Source: Macrostomum hystrix (taxonomy: Eukaryota; Animalia; Platyhelminthes). Taken from it: a stretch of 64,000 bases of DNA. Of the stretch, positions 23,553 through 34,253 are shown piece after piece (position 1 is the first letter of the stretch; each line of letters opens with the position of its first letter). Both the position numbers and the translations under genes were made by a program. Location: positions 20,026,001 to 20,090,000 of the forward strand of contig CATNEN010000038.1 in NCBI GenBank assembly GCA_950097015.1, in the 5' to 3' direction. The notes below the pieces were generated by a model. That model searched no databases. It saw only the letters and a list, made by a program, of their open reading frames with translations, and was not told the DNA's origin.

Positions 23553-24977
23553 CTAGCAACGAGGACCCCTTCGGGGAAAAAGTCACGCTTTAAAGAAAAA
23601 AAAGAAAAAATTATAAAAATGAATTAACATAAAAACTATTATTATGTTAAACGTTCAAAAGTTTACAGCATGCTTTTTCGTTCCCTCTGTTTATTTGTTC
23701 GCTCAATATTTTTCGATTTAATTTAAATACATTTTCGGTTGTGTGTTTTTTATGGTTCGTTTGCCCTGAAGATGTCCGCCTTGGACGAAACGCGTCTTTA
23801 AATAATAAATGTTTGTCTTGACGTTTGCTCTTTTGCTAATAAATACTATTATTTTCTTTTCCTGAAATCTCCTCGATTAATCCTGCTGCCCCTTTGATAT
23901 ATATCATGCTATCCGCCGACAAAGCAAGCTACCTCCTCAATTTATGCTTTTCCGTCGATAATTCATGCTACACCCTTGATAATTCATACATTTCCTTTGT
24001 TAATTCATGCTTCACCCTCGTTAATACACGCTACCCTATGATATTGCATGCCTTCCCTCTATATTTTTCCTTACCCCTCAATCATTCATGTCATCCCTTT
24101 GATACATCGTGCTACCCCTCGATAATTTTTGCTACCCACTCAATTTATGCTTCCCCCTCGATAATTCATGCTTCCCCCTCGACAATTCATGCTTCCCCCT
24201 CGATAATTCATGCTTTTCCCTCGATAATTCATGCTTTTCCCTCGACAATTCATGCTTCCCCTCGATAATTCATGCTTCCCCCTCGATAACTCATGCTTCC
24301 CCTTCGGTAATTCATGCTTTCCCTCGATAACTTATTCTTCCCCAGGTTATTTCACGCTTTCCCGTTCGATAATTCATGCAAGTGTGTTGAATAATCATGA
24401 TATCCCTTGTTAATTTTGCTTTTCCTCGATAATTCGTGCTTTTACGTCGACAAGTTTTCTTCCCCTCGATATGTCATGCTTTCCGCTTGTTAATTCATGC
24501 TTTTCCCTGGATAATTCATGCTACCCCACTTGATAATTCATGTTTTTACTTCAATAAGTCATGCTACATCGTCGATATCGCATGCTTGATCGCTTTGATA
24601 ATTCAGAATTTTTTCAATCGTTTATTTATGCTTCATCCAGGATAATTTATGCTATACAGTCGATAATTCATGCTATCCCCTCAATAAATCATTATATCCT
24701 CTTAAAAAAGTGCTATACCCTCAAAGTATTATGTTATCCCCTGGAAATCTCATTTTTCGCCTAGAAATGTCATGCTATATCTTAAAGAAATCGTGAAATG
24801 CCGTAGATATCTAATGCTTTTCCCATTATTGTTATTTACGTGTTATATCATGCTCATATTCATCGTTATCTAGCGCTACGAGTATATTCATAAGTTTCAT
24901 GTTTTCCTTCGAAATATCATGCTTTTAAAATATGGAAAAAATAATGATTGCTTCCCTGCAGTTCAGCCTGTTGTAGA
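23553..24977 (-). mobile_element. Putative non-autonomous Helitron-like element carrying a 21-bp array
   Basis: Minus-strand end CCCC-GAA-GGGG hairpin, 9 nt, then CTAG|T at 23553. A homologous end lies at 21271-21315. The possible A|TC start at 24977 is tentative. Confidence 0.4.
23760..23809 (+). ncRNA. Minimal type I hammerhead ribozyme core (Penelope-like element type), stem I degenerate
   Basis: CUGAAGA-U-GUCC(gccuu)GGAC-GAAA-CGCG-UC, followed by AATAAA at 23804. Confidence 0.6.
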
Positions 24978-25265
24978 TATGTATCGATTCTGAGCCTAGA
25001 TATGTATCGATTCTGAGCCTAGATATGTATCGATTCTGAGCCTAGATATGTATCGATTCTGAGCCTAGATATGTATCGATTCTGAGCCTAGATATGTATC
25101 GATTCTGAGCCTAGATATGTATCGATTCTGAGCCTAGATATGTATCGATTCTGAGCCTAGATATGTATCGATTCTGAGCCTAGACATATAATAATTCTGA
25201 GCTTAGATATCTATCAATTCCGAGCCTAGATTTCCATCGATTCTGAGCTTGGATATCTATCGATG
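24974..25265 (+). repeat. 23-bp minisatellite, ~12 copies
   Basis: Unit TAGATATGTATCGATTCTGAGCC. Confidence 0.95.
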
Positions 25266-25267
25266 TG

Positions 25268-28200
25268 GAATCTAAGACAGTAGCTTGCAACTTCAGGTAG
25301 AATCTAAGACAGTAGCTTGCAACTTCAGGTAGTAATCTAAGACAGTAGCTTGCAACTTCATGTAGAATCTAAGACAGTAACTTGCAACTTCAGGTAGTAA
25401 TCTAAGACAGTAGCTTGCAACTTCAGGTAGAATCTAAGACAGTAGCTTGCAACTTCAGGTAGTAATCTAAGACAGTAGCTTGCAACTTCATGTAGAATCT
25501 AAGACAGTAGCTTGCAACTTCATGTAGAATCTAAGACAGTAACTTGCAACTTCAGGTAGAATCTAAGACAGTAGCTTGCAACTTCATGTAGAATCTAAGA
25601 CAGTAGCTTGCAACTTCAGGTAGTAATCTAAGACAGTAACTTGCAACTTCAGGTAGTAATCTAAGACAGTAGCTTGCAACTTCAGGTAGAATCTAAGACA
25701 GTAGCTTGCAACTTCAGGTAGTAATCTAAGACAGTAGCTTGCAACTTCATGTAGAATCTAAGACAGTAACTTGCAACTTCAGGTAGTAATCTAAGACAGT
25801 AGCTTGCAACTTCAGGTAGAATCTAAGACAGTAGCTTGCAACTTCAGGTAGTAATCTAAGACAGTAGCTTGCAACTTCATGTAGAATCTAAGACAGTAAC
25901 TTGCAACTTCAGGTAGTAATCTAAGACAGTAGCTTGCAACTTCAGGTAGAATCTAAGACAGTAGCTTGCAACTTCAGGTAGTAATCTAAGACAGTAGCTT
26001 GCAACTTCATGTAGAATCTAAGACAGTAACTTGCAACTTCAGGTAGTAATCTAAGACAGTAGCTTGCAACTTCAGGTAGAATCTAAGACAGTAGCTTGCA
26101 ACTTCAGGTAGTAATCTAAGACAGTAGCTTGCAACTTCATGTAGAATCTAAGACAGTAACTTGCAACTTCAGGTAGTAATCTAAGACAGTAGCTTGCAAC
26201 TTCAGGTAGAATCTAAGACAGTAGCTTGCAACTTCAGGTAGTAATCTAAGACAGTAGCTTGCAACTTCAGGTAGAATCTAAGAAAGTAGCTTGCAACTTC
26301 AGGTAGTAATCTAAGACAGTAGCTTGCAACTTCAGGTAGTAATCTAAGACAGTAGCTTGCAACTTCAGGTAGTAATCTAAGACAGTAGCTTGCAACTTCA
26401 GGTAGAATCTAAGAAAGTAGCTTGCAACTTCAGGTAGTAATCTAAGACAGTAGCTTGCAACTTCAGGTAGTAATCTAAGACAGTAGCTTGCAACTTCAGG
26501 TAGAATCTAAGAAAGTAGCTTGCAACTTCAGGTAGTAATCTAAGACAGTAGCTTGCAACTTCAGGTAGTAATCTAAGACAGTAGCTTGCAACTTCAGGTA
26601 GAATCTAAGACAGTAGCTTGCAACTTCAGGTAGTAAGCTAAGACAGTAGCTTGCAACTTCAGGTAGAATCTAAGACAGTAGCTTGCAACTTCAGGTAGTA
26701 ATCTAAGACAGTAGCTTGCAACTTCAGGTAGAATCTAAGACAGTAGCTTGCAACTTCAGGTAGAATCTAAGACAGTAGCTTGCAACTTCAGGTAGTAATC
26801 TAAGACAGTAGCTTGCAACTTCAGGTAGTAATCTAAGACAGTAGCTTGCAACTTCAGGTAGTAATCTAAGACAGTAGCTTGCAACTTCAGGTAGAATCTA
26901 AGACAGTAGCTTGCAACTTCAGGTAGAATCTAAGACAGTAGCTTGCAACTTCAGGTAGAATCTAAGACAGTAGCTTGCAACTTCATGTAGAATCTAAGAC
27001 AGTAGCTTGCAACTTCAGGTAGTAATCTAAGACAGTAGCTTGCAACTTCAGGTAGTAATCTAAGACAGTAGCTTGCAACTTCAGGTAGAATCTAAGACAG
27101 TAGCTTGCAACTTCAGGTAGAATCTAAGACAGTAGCTTGCAACTTCAGGTAGTAATCTAAGACAGTAGCTTGCAACTTCATGTAGAATCTAAGACAGTAA
27201 CTTGCAACTTCAGGTAGAATCTAAGACAGTAGCTTGCAACTTCAGGTAGAATCTAAGACAGTAGCTTGCAACTTCAGGTAGAATCTAAGACAGTAGCTTG
27301 CAACTTCAGGTAGTAATCTAAGACAGTAGCTTGCAACTTCAGGTAGTAATCTAAGACAGTAGCTTGCAACTTCAGGTAGAATCTAAGAAAGTAGCTTGCA
27401 ACTTCAGGTAGTAATCTAAGACAGTAGCTTGCAACTTCATGTAGAATCTAAGACAGTAACTTGCAACTTCAGGTAGTAATCTAAGACAGTAGCTTGCAAC
27501 TTCAGGTAGAATCTAAGACAGTAGCTTGCAACTTCAGGTAGTAATCTAAGACAGTAGCTTGCAACTTCATGTAGAATCTAAGACAGTAACTTGCAACTTC
27601 AGGTAGTAATCTAAGACAGTAGCTTGCAACTTCAGGTAGAATCTAAGACAGTAGCTTGCAACTTCAGGTAGTAATCTAAGACAGTAGCTTGCAACTTCAT
27701 GTAGAATCTAAGACAGTAACTTGCAACTTCAGGTAGTAATCTAAGACAGTAGCTTGCAACTTCAGGTAGAATCTAAGACAGTAGCTTGCAACTTCAGGTA
27801 GTAATCTAAGACAGTAGCTTGCAACTTCAGGTAGTAATCTAAGACAGTAGCTTGCAACTTCAGGTAGTAATCTAAGACAGTAGCTTGCAACTTCAGGTAG
27901 AATCTAAGACAGTAGCTTGCAACTTCAGGTAGAATCTAAGACAGTAGCTTGCAACTTCAGGTAGAATCTAAGACAGTAGCTTGCAACTTCATGTAGAATC
28001 TAAGACAGTAGCTTGCAACTTCAGGTAGTAATCTAAGACAGTAGCTTGCAACTTCAGGTAGTAATCTAAGACAGTAGCTTGCAACTTCAGGTAGAATCTA
28101 AGACAGTAGCTTGCAACTTCAGGTAGAATCTAAGACAGTAGCTTGCAACTTCAGGTAGTAATCTAAGACAGTAGCTTGCAACTTCATGTAGAATCTAAGA

Positions 28201-29936
28201 CAGTAACTTGCAACTTCAGGTAGAATCTAAGACAGTAGCTTGCAACTTCAGGTAGAATCTAAGACAGTAGCTTGCAACTTCAGGTAGAATCTAAGACAGT
28301 AGCTTGCAACTTCAGGTAGTAATCTAAGACAGTAGCTTGCAACTTCAGGTAGTAATCTAAGACAGTAGCTTGCAACTTCAGGTAGAATCTAAGAAAGTAG
28401 CTTGCAACTTCAGGTAGTAATCTAAGACAGTAGCTTGCAACTTCAGGTAGTAATCTAAGACAGTAGCTTGCAACTTCAGGTAGAATCTAAGACAGTAGCT
28501 TGCAACTTCAGGTAGAATCTAAGACAGTAGCTTGCAACTTCAGGTAGTAATCTAAGACAGTAGCTTGCAACTTCAGGTAGAATCTTAGACAGTAGCTTGC
28601 AACTTCAGGTAGAATCTAAGACAGTAGCTTGCAACTTCAGGTAGAATCTAAGACAGTAACTTGCAACTTCAGGTAGTAATCTAAGACAGTAGCTTGCAAC
28701 TTCAGGTAGAATCTAAGAAAGTAGCTTGCAACTTCAGGTAGTAATCTAAGACAGTAGCTTGCAACTTCAGGTAGTAATCTAAGACAGTAGCTTGCAACTT
28801 CAGGTAGAATCTAAGACAGTAGCTTGCAACTTCAGGTAGAATCTAAGACAGTAGCTTGCAACTTCAGGTAGAATCTAAGACAGTAGCTTGCAACTTCAGG
28901 TAGAATCTAAGACAGTAGCTTGCAACTTCAGGTAGTAATCTAAGACAGTAACTTGCAACTTCAGGTAGAATCTAAGACAGTAGCTTGCAACTTCAGGTAG
29001 AATCTAAGACAGTAGCTTGCAACTTCATGTAGAATCTAAGACAGTAACTTGCAACTTCAGGTAGAATCTAAGACAGTAGCTTGCAACTTCAGGTAGAATC
29101 TAAGACAGTAGCTTGCAACTTCAGGTAGAATCTAAGACAGTAGCTTGCAACTTCAGGTAGTAATCTAAGACAGTAGCTTGCAACTTCAGGTAGTAATCTA
29201 AGACAGTAGCTTGCAACTTCAGGTAGAATCTAAGAAAGTAGCTTGCAACTTCAGGTAGTAATCTAAGACAGTAGCTTGCAACTTCAGGTAGTAATCTAAG
29301 ACAGTAGCTTGCAACTTCAGGTAGAATCTAAGACAGTAGCTTGCAACTTCAGGTAGAATCTAAGACAGTAGCTTGCAACTTCAGGTAGTAATCTAAGACA
29401 GTAGCTTGCAACTTCAGGTAGAATCTTAGACAGTAGCTTGCAACTTCAGGTAGAATCTAAGACAGTAGCTTGCAACTTCAGGTAGAATCTAAGACAGTAA
29501 CTTGCAACTTCAGGTAGTAATCTAAGACAGTAGCTTGCAACTTCAGGTAGAATCTAAGAAAGTAGCTTGCAACTTCAGGTAGTAATCTAAGACAGTAGCT
29601 TGCAACTTCAGGTAGTAATCTAAGACAGTAGCTTGCAACTTCAGGTAGAATCTAAGACAGTAGCTTGCAACTTCAGGTAGAATCTAAGACAGTAGCTTGC
29701 AACTTCAGGTAGAATCTAAGACAGTAGCTTGCAACTTCAGGTAGAATCTAAGACAGTAGCTTGCAACTTCAGGTAGAATCTAAGACAGTAGCTTGCAACT
29801 TCAGGTAGAATCTAAGACAGTAGCTTGCAACTTCAGGTAGAATCTAAGACAGTAGCTTGCAACTTCAGGTAGTAATCTAAGACAGTAGCTTGCAACTTTA
29901 GGTAGTAATCTAAGACAGTAGCTTGCAACTTCATGT
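25268..29936 (+). repeat. 4.7-kb 32/33-bp satellite, ~144 copies
   Basis: Unit AATCTAAGACAGTAGCTTGCAACTTCAGGTAG(T), with a few recurrent variants. Confidence 0.98.
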
Positions 29937-30240
29937 GTCCAGACACTTGATGTTAATTGTGTCTTCACACGCAATGCCGTGCCACTGTCTAGACGTCACA
30001 CATGTGCCAACCCTAAGCGGCAGGTGCATGCGGTAAATTTACTTTTATCACGAAATCAATATCCTGTCTGGCTGAAAATCGATCCTCTTATTGGTCCAAT
30101 TTTTTTTAACTCGCAAATAACGCTTTACGCGTACTCGGAAGGTACGACTTAATATCCGCTTTTAAAATAAGAGCACCTGTTTGAGGTGCCGCTGCTGCCG
30201 GGTATTGATGTTGCGTGACGACTTTGCATACTATCTGGTC

Positions 30241-30247
30241 TATAAAA
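30241..30247 (+). promoter_or_regulatory. Putative TATA box of the CAP gene
   Basis: TATAAAA about 115 nt upstream of the ATG at 30358, with an Inr-like CCAGTT about 25 nt downstream. Confidence 0.5.
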
Positions 30248-30357
30248 GTGTTCAAACATTGTCGCCAGTTTTACAATTCAAGCTGTCTGCTTCTGTTGTC
30301 ATTTCGTATCGTCAAAGTTGAGCGAATAATTTGAGAGCTTTGTTCCAGCGTATTGAT

Positions 30358-33342
30358 ATGGCGATGACGTCAATTAAAGTTGGTAAGACTTTTAAACTAA
30401 ATTTGACTGACTTAATAAATGTTCGATCTTAAGTCGTTGGATCTTCTGACACCTTGACAATTCTCACACCCTGACAACTCTGCCAGCCATTCCAATTCTG
30501 ACACCCTGACAACTCTGACACCTTGAAAATTCTGACAGTCTGAAAGTTCTGAAACCCAGAAAATTCTGACACCTTGACAATTTTGACTACCTTACAGTTA
30601 TGACATTCTGACAGTTATGACACCCTGACATTTCCAACACCCTGACAATCCCTGAACTCCAGGTTTGAGTCTGATTACGCTGCTGTTTTTATCAACAACT
30701 GGCGCCCAGTCGACTCTGCTGACACTGAGCAAGGCCGATAAGCAGGGCCTTCTCGATACTCACAATGTGCTTCGCTCGCGCATCGCCATCGGCCTGGTTA
30801 AAGGCCAGCCGGGCGCCAGCGACATGATGCTTCTGGTGAGAGAATTTTAGTGATAATTTTCTTAGAATTATTGGCGAACGCACCCAGCGCAAACAAAACA
30901 CCGCAGGAGTGGGACGACCGTCTAGCCGCTAAGGCAGCCACCTGGGCAGCCACCTGCCAGGTTGGTCACGACACACCGGACCAGCGTCTGATACCCGGCT
31001 ACACCTGGGTTGGCCAGAACTGGGCCGGCGGACCCACCTCTAACCTGAGCTTGTGAGCACTCGCTTTTAGATTTTCGGCCCTGACTGCTTGAAGAAATAG
31101 TTTCTTCCTATTCCCTCTCTTCTATCCTTCTCACCCTCTTTTATCTCCTTCCTCCTGAGTCCTTCACCCTCTCTCTTATCCTTCTTCCCCTGTCTCTTAT
31201 CCCTTTTCCCTTCTCTCTTATCCTTCTTCTCTTCTCTCTCATCCTTCTACCCTTTTCTCTTATCCTTCTCCCTCTCTCTTATCCTTCTACCCTTCTCTCT
31301 TATCCTTCTACCCTTCTCTCTCATCCTTCTACCCTTCTCTCTCATCCTTCTACCCTTCTCTCTTATCCTTCTACCCTTCTCTCTCATCCTTCTACCCTTC
31401 TCTCTTATCCTTCTACCCTTCTCTCTCATCCTTCTACCCTTCTCTCTTATCCTTCTACCCTTCTCTCTCATCCTTCTACCCTTCTCTCTTATCCTTCTAC
31501 CCTTCTCTCTCATCCTTCTACCCTTCTCTCTTATCCTTCTACCCTTCTCTCTCATCCTTCTACCCTTCTCTCTTATCCTTCTACCCTTCTCTCTCATCCT
31601 TCGACCCTTCTCTCTCATCCTTCTACCCTTCTCTCTCATCCTTCTACCCTTCTCTCTCATCCTTCGACCCTTCTCTCTCATCCTTCTACCCTTCTCTCTC
31701 ATCCTTCTACCCTTCTCTCTCATCCTTCGACCCTTCTCTCTCATCCTTCTACCCTTCTCTCTCATCCTTCTACCCTTCTCTCTTATCCTTCTACCCTTCT
31801 CTCTCATCCTTCGACCCTTCTCTCTCATCCTTCTACCCTTCTCTCTTATCCTTCTCCCTCTCTCTTCGCACTTAGCTACGTGGACTACTGGTTCGACGAG
31901 TACAAGGACTACACTTACGCAACCAAGTTCTGCAGTCCAGGCAAGGTGTGCGGCCACTACACACAGGTGGTCTGGTCGCGCAGTCTTCTAGTCGGCTGCG
32001 CGGTGGCCAATTGTCCCGACTATCCGCGCCAGATTGTTTGCAACTACGCCAGGGGTGGCAATGTGGCTAATAACTGGCCCTACTCAAATGGCACCGCAGC
32101 CAGCCAGTGCCTGGGCGAGTTTGTCTACACCCGAGCTGGACTCTGCCTACGTCGCGATCAGTGCAACAATATGTACACCGGCGGCGGTGTAGTCGGAGGC
32201 GGAACCGGCGGTACTACAGGAACCGGCGGTACTACAGGAACCGGCGGTACTACAGGAACCGGCGGTACTACAGGAACCGGCGGTACTACAGGAACCGGCG
32301 GTACTACAGGAACCGGCGGTACTACAGGAACCGGCGGTACTACAGGAACCGGCGGTACCGGAGACGACGGATGGAACGACTCGGGCTTTACTGACGGTAT
32401 CGAAGACGTCCCGATGACAAAGCGTCGAGCCAGACGAAATACCGATCCGTGCCGTTGCGCCATCACCTGTTTGAACGGCGGCACTCTGGACTCGGCTAAT
32501 TGCAAGTGCACCTGTCGTTCTGGATTCTACGGAACCAGATGCAACTGTGAGTGCCGCCGCAGATACATAACTGCTTCCGTCATGCTGTCAAACTCTCCGC
32601 TCTGCTGTCAAAACATCCTCTCTGCTGTCAAAACATCCGCTCTGCTGTCAAAACATCCGCTCTGCTGTCAAAACATCCGCTCTGCTGTCAAAACATCCGC
32701 TCTGCTGTCAAAACATCCTCTCTGCTGTCAAAACATCCGCTCTGCTGTCAAAACATCCGCTCTGCTGTCAAAACATCCGCTCTGCTGTCAAAACATCCGC
32801 TCTGCTGTCAAAACATCCGATCTGCTGTCAAAACATCCGATCTGCTGTCAAAACCTTCGCTCTGCTGTCAAAACATCCGCTCTGCTGTCAGAACCTTCGC
32901 TCTGCTGTCAGAACCTTCGCTCTGCTGTCAAAACCTTCGCTCTGCTGTCAGAACCTTCGCTCTGCTGTCAGAACCTTCGCTCTGCTGTCAAAACCTTCGC
33001 TCTGCTGTCAGAACCTTCGCTCTGCTGTCAAAACCTTCGCTCTGCTGTCAGAACCTTCGCTCTGCTGTCAAAACATCCGCTGTGCTGTCAGAACCTTCGC
33101 TCTGCTTTCACAGACTCTGCTCAGTTGTAACAAAATATTTTTATAATATGAATTGCTGAACTAAAAATCTGCCAGACGAATGCACTGACCCGGAGCTGTG
33201 GCGCCCCAGCTGCGAGGGCAGCCCGACGGCCTGCACCGACTTCCCGATGTTCTGCCCGAAGACCTGCAACGGCTGCTCGGCTGGCGACATCAGCGACAAG
33301 AATGTGGTAAACTCCGACGGCATCATTGCCAGAGTGCCTTGA
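30358..33342 (+). CDS. Secreted CAP/SCP (CRISP/venom allergen-like) protein with Gly/Thr linker, EGF domain and C-terminal ShKT-like domain
   Basis: Exons 30358-30382, 30663-30835, 30907-31052, 31876-32546, 33176-33342. Signal peptide; CAP motifs HNVLRS, WDDRLA, GQNWA, CGHYTQVVW, IVCNY; (GTGGTT)n; EGF CLNGGTLDSANCKCTCRSGFYGTRC; last exon has six Cys ending CPKTCNGC. Confidence 0.88.
30445..30658 (+). repeat. Degenerate CTGACACCCTGACAATT repeats in CAP intron 1
   Basis: Recurring TGACA-based 8-9-bp subunits. Confidence 0.75.
31105..31865 (+). repeat. 21-bp pyrimidine minisatellite, CAP intron 3
   Basis: Unit CCTTCTCTCTCATCCTTCTAC, running up to the acceptor. Confidence 0.95.
32201..32360 (+). 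repeat. Coding 18-bp repeat (GTGGTT) x ~9 in the CAP gene
   Basis: GGAACCGGCGGTACTACA perfect copies. Confidence 0.95.
32582..33110 (+). repeat. 20-bp minisatellite, CAP intron 4
   Basis: Unit GCTCTGCTGTCAAAACATCC / GCTCTGCTGTCAGAACCTTC. Confidence 0.95.
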
Positions 33343-34253
33343 ATTCAAACCAAAAACCTAAGAAGAACTAAAAACTACAGATATTTTTTGGTGGCGGAGT
33401 AAAATGCAAAAAATAAATATCGAAATTGAAGACAGTTTTTGCAACAATGGATATGTCTGCAAAGTGCAAGTAACTCGTGCAATCTGGTTAAAAACCGTTC
33501 AATACATTTTTATAAAAATAGTGCACTTTTTTATTATATATAACTTTTGATCTAACAGAAATTCAACTTTATGTTATTAATTCAAATTGCAATTCTATAG
33601 CAAAAAATGATTACATGGGTAGCAAACACTACTAATGATAATATCTAAGTACATAAAATTATAGTTAATTTGGATTTATTTCACATTTATATAAATATAT
33701 ATACTACTTACAAGTAGAAGCATTCGGACGCAAATATTATTATTTTAAATTGGCGCCAAAATGTTACCAATTTATGAAATTTTTAGGTTTTCTGAAAAAA
33801 GTCTAAGGTAAATTCTTTTTTTTTAACATAAAGCGAAATCAGAACATTGCACGATTTAGAAGTTAAAACCATCAGTAACAACTATAAGAATTATAATCAA
33901 TTCACAAATTTGTTTCGAATTTTGTTTTAGCAGTAAAAATATGTGCGAATTAATTAATAATCCGCTTACAAAATAAACAAAAAGACAGTTTTCGGTAGAT
34001 ACAATATTCCTATTATACTACTTGAAAACTATTTTAAATCTTACAGAAATCCCAAAGTCTTATGAGCAATAGAATAAAATAACAAGCAGGATAATATATA
34101 AGTAAGATACTAATGCAAAGACATTTTCTTTCTAGAATTAGCTTCCTACAATGATCTAACAATATAGCAGAGTTAGACACATGGAACTTAACAAGAAATC
34201 ACTTTCTTAAGCATTTCAACACGAGTTCAAAAGAAGCTTATTAAGCAGAAAGT

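Larger units (their letters stand above)
21385..24925 (+). repeat. Degenerate 21-bp ATAATTCATGCTTCCCCCTCG arrays (21385-21642, 22188-22400, 23870-24925)
   Basis: Most homogeneous at 24140-24330; diverged elsewhere. Confidence 0.85.

Noticed and set aside
25268-29936. CRISPR-like array of 32-bp repeats
   Set aside because: No unique spacers, no cas genes, eukaryotic context; it is a plain tandem satellite.
31247-31957. (REKGRRM)n ORF, and similar ORFs at 32551, 48781, 55742 and 62633
   Set aside because: Minisatellite translations in introns or intergenic DNA.
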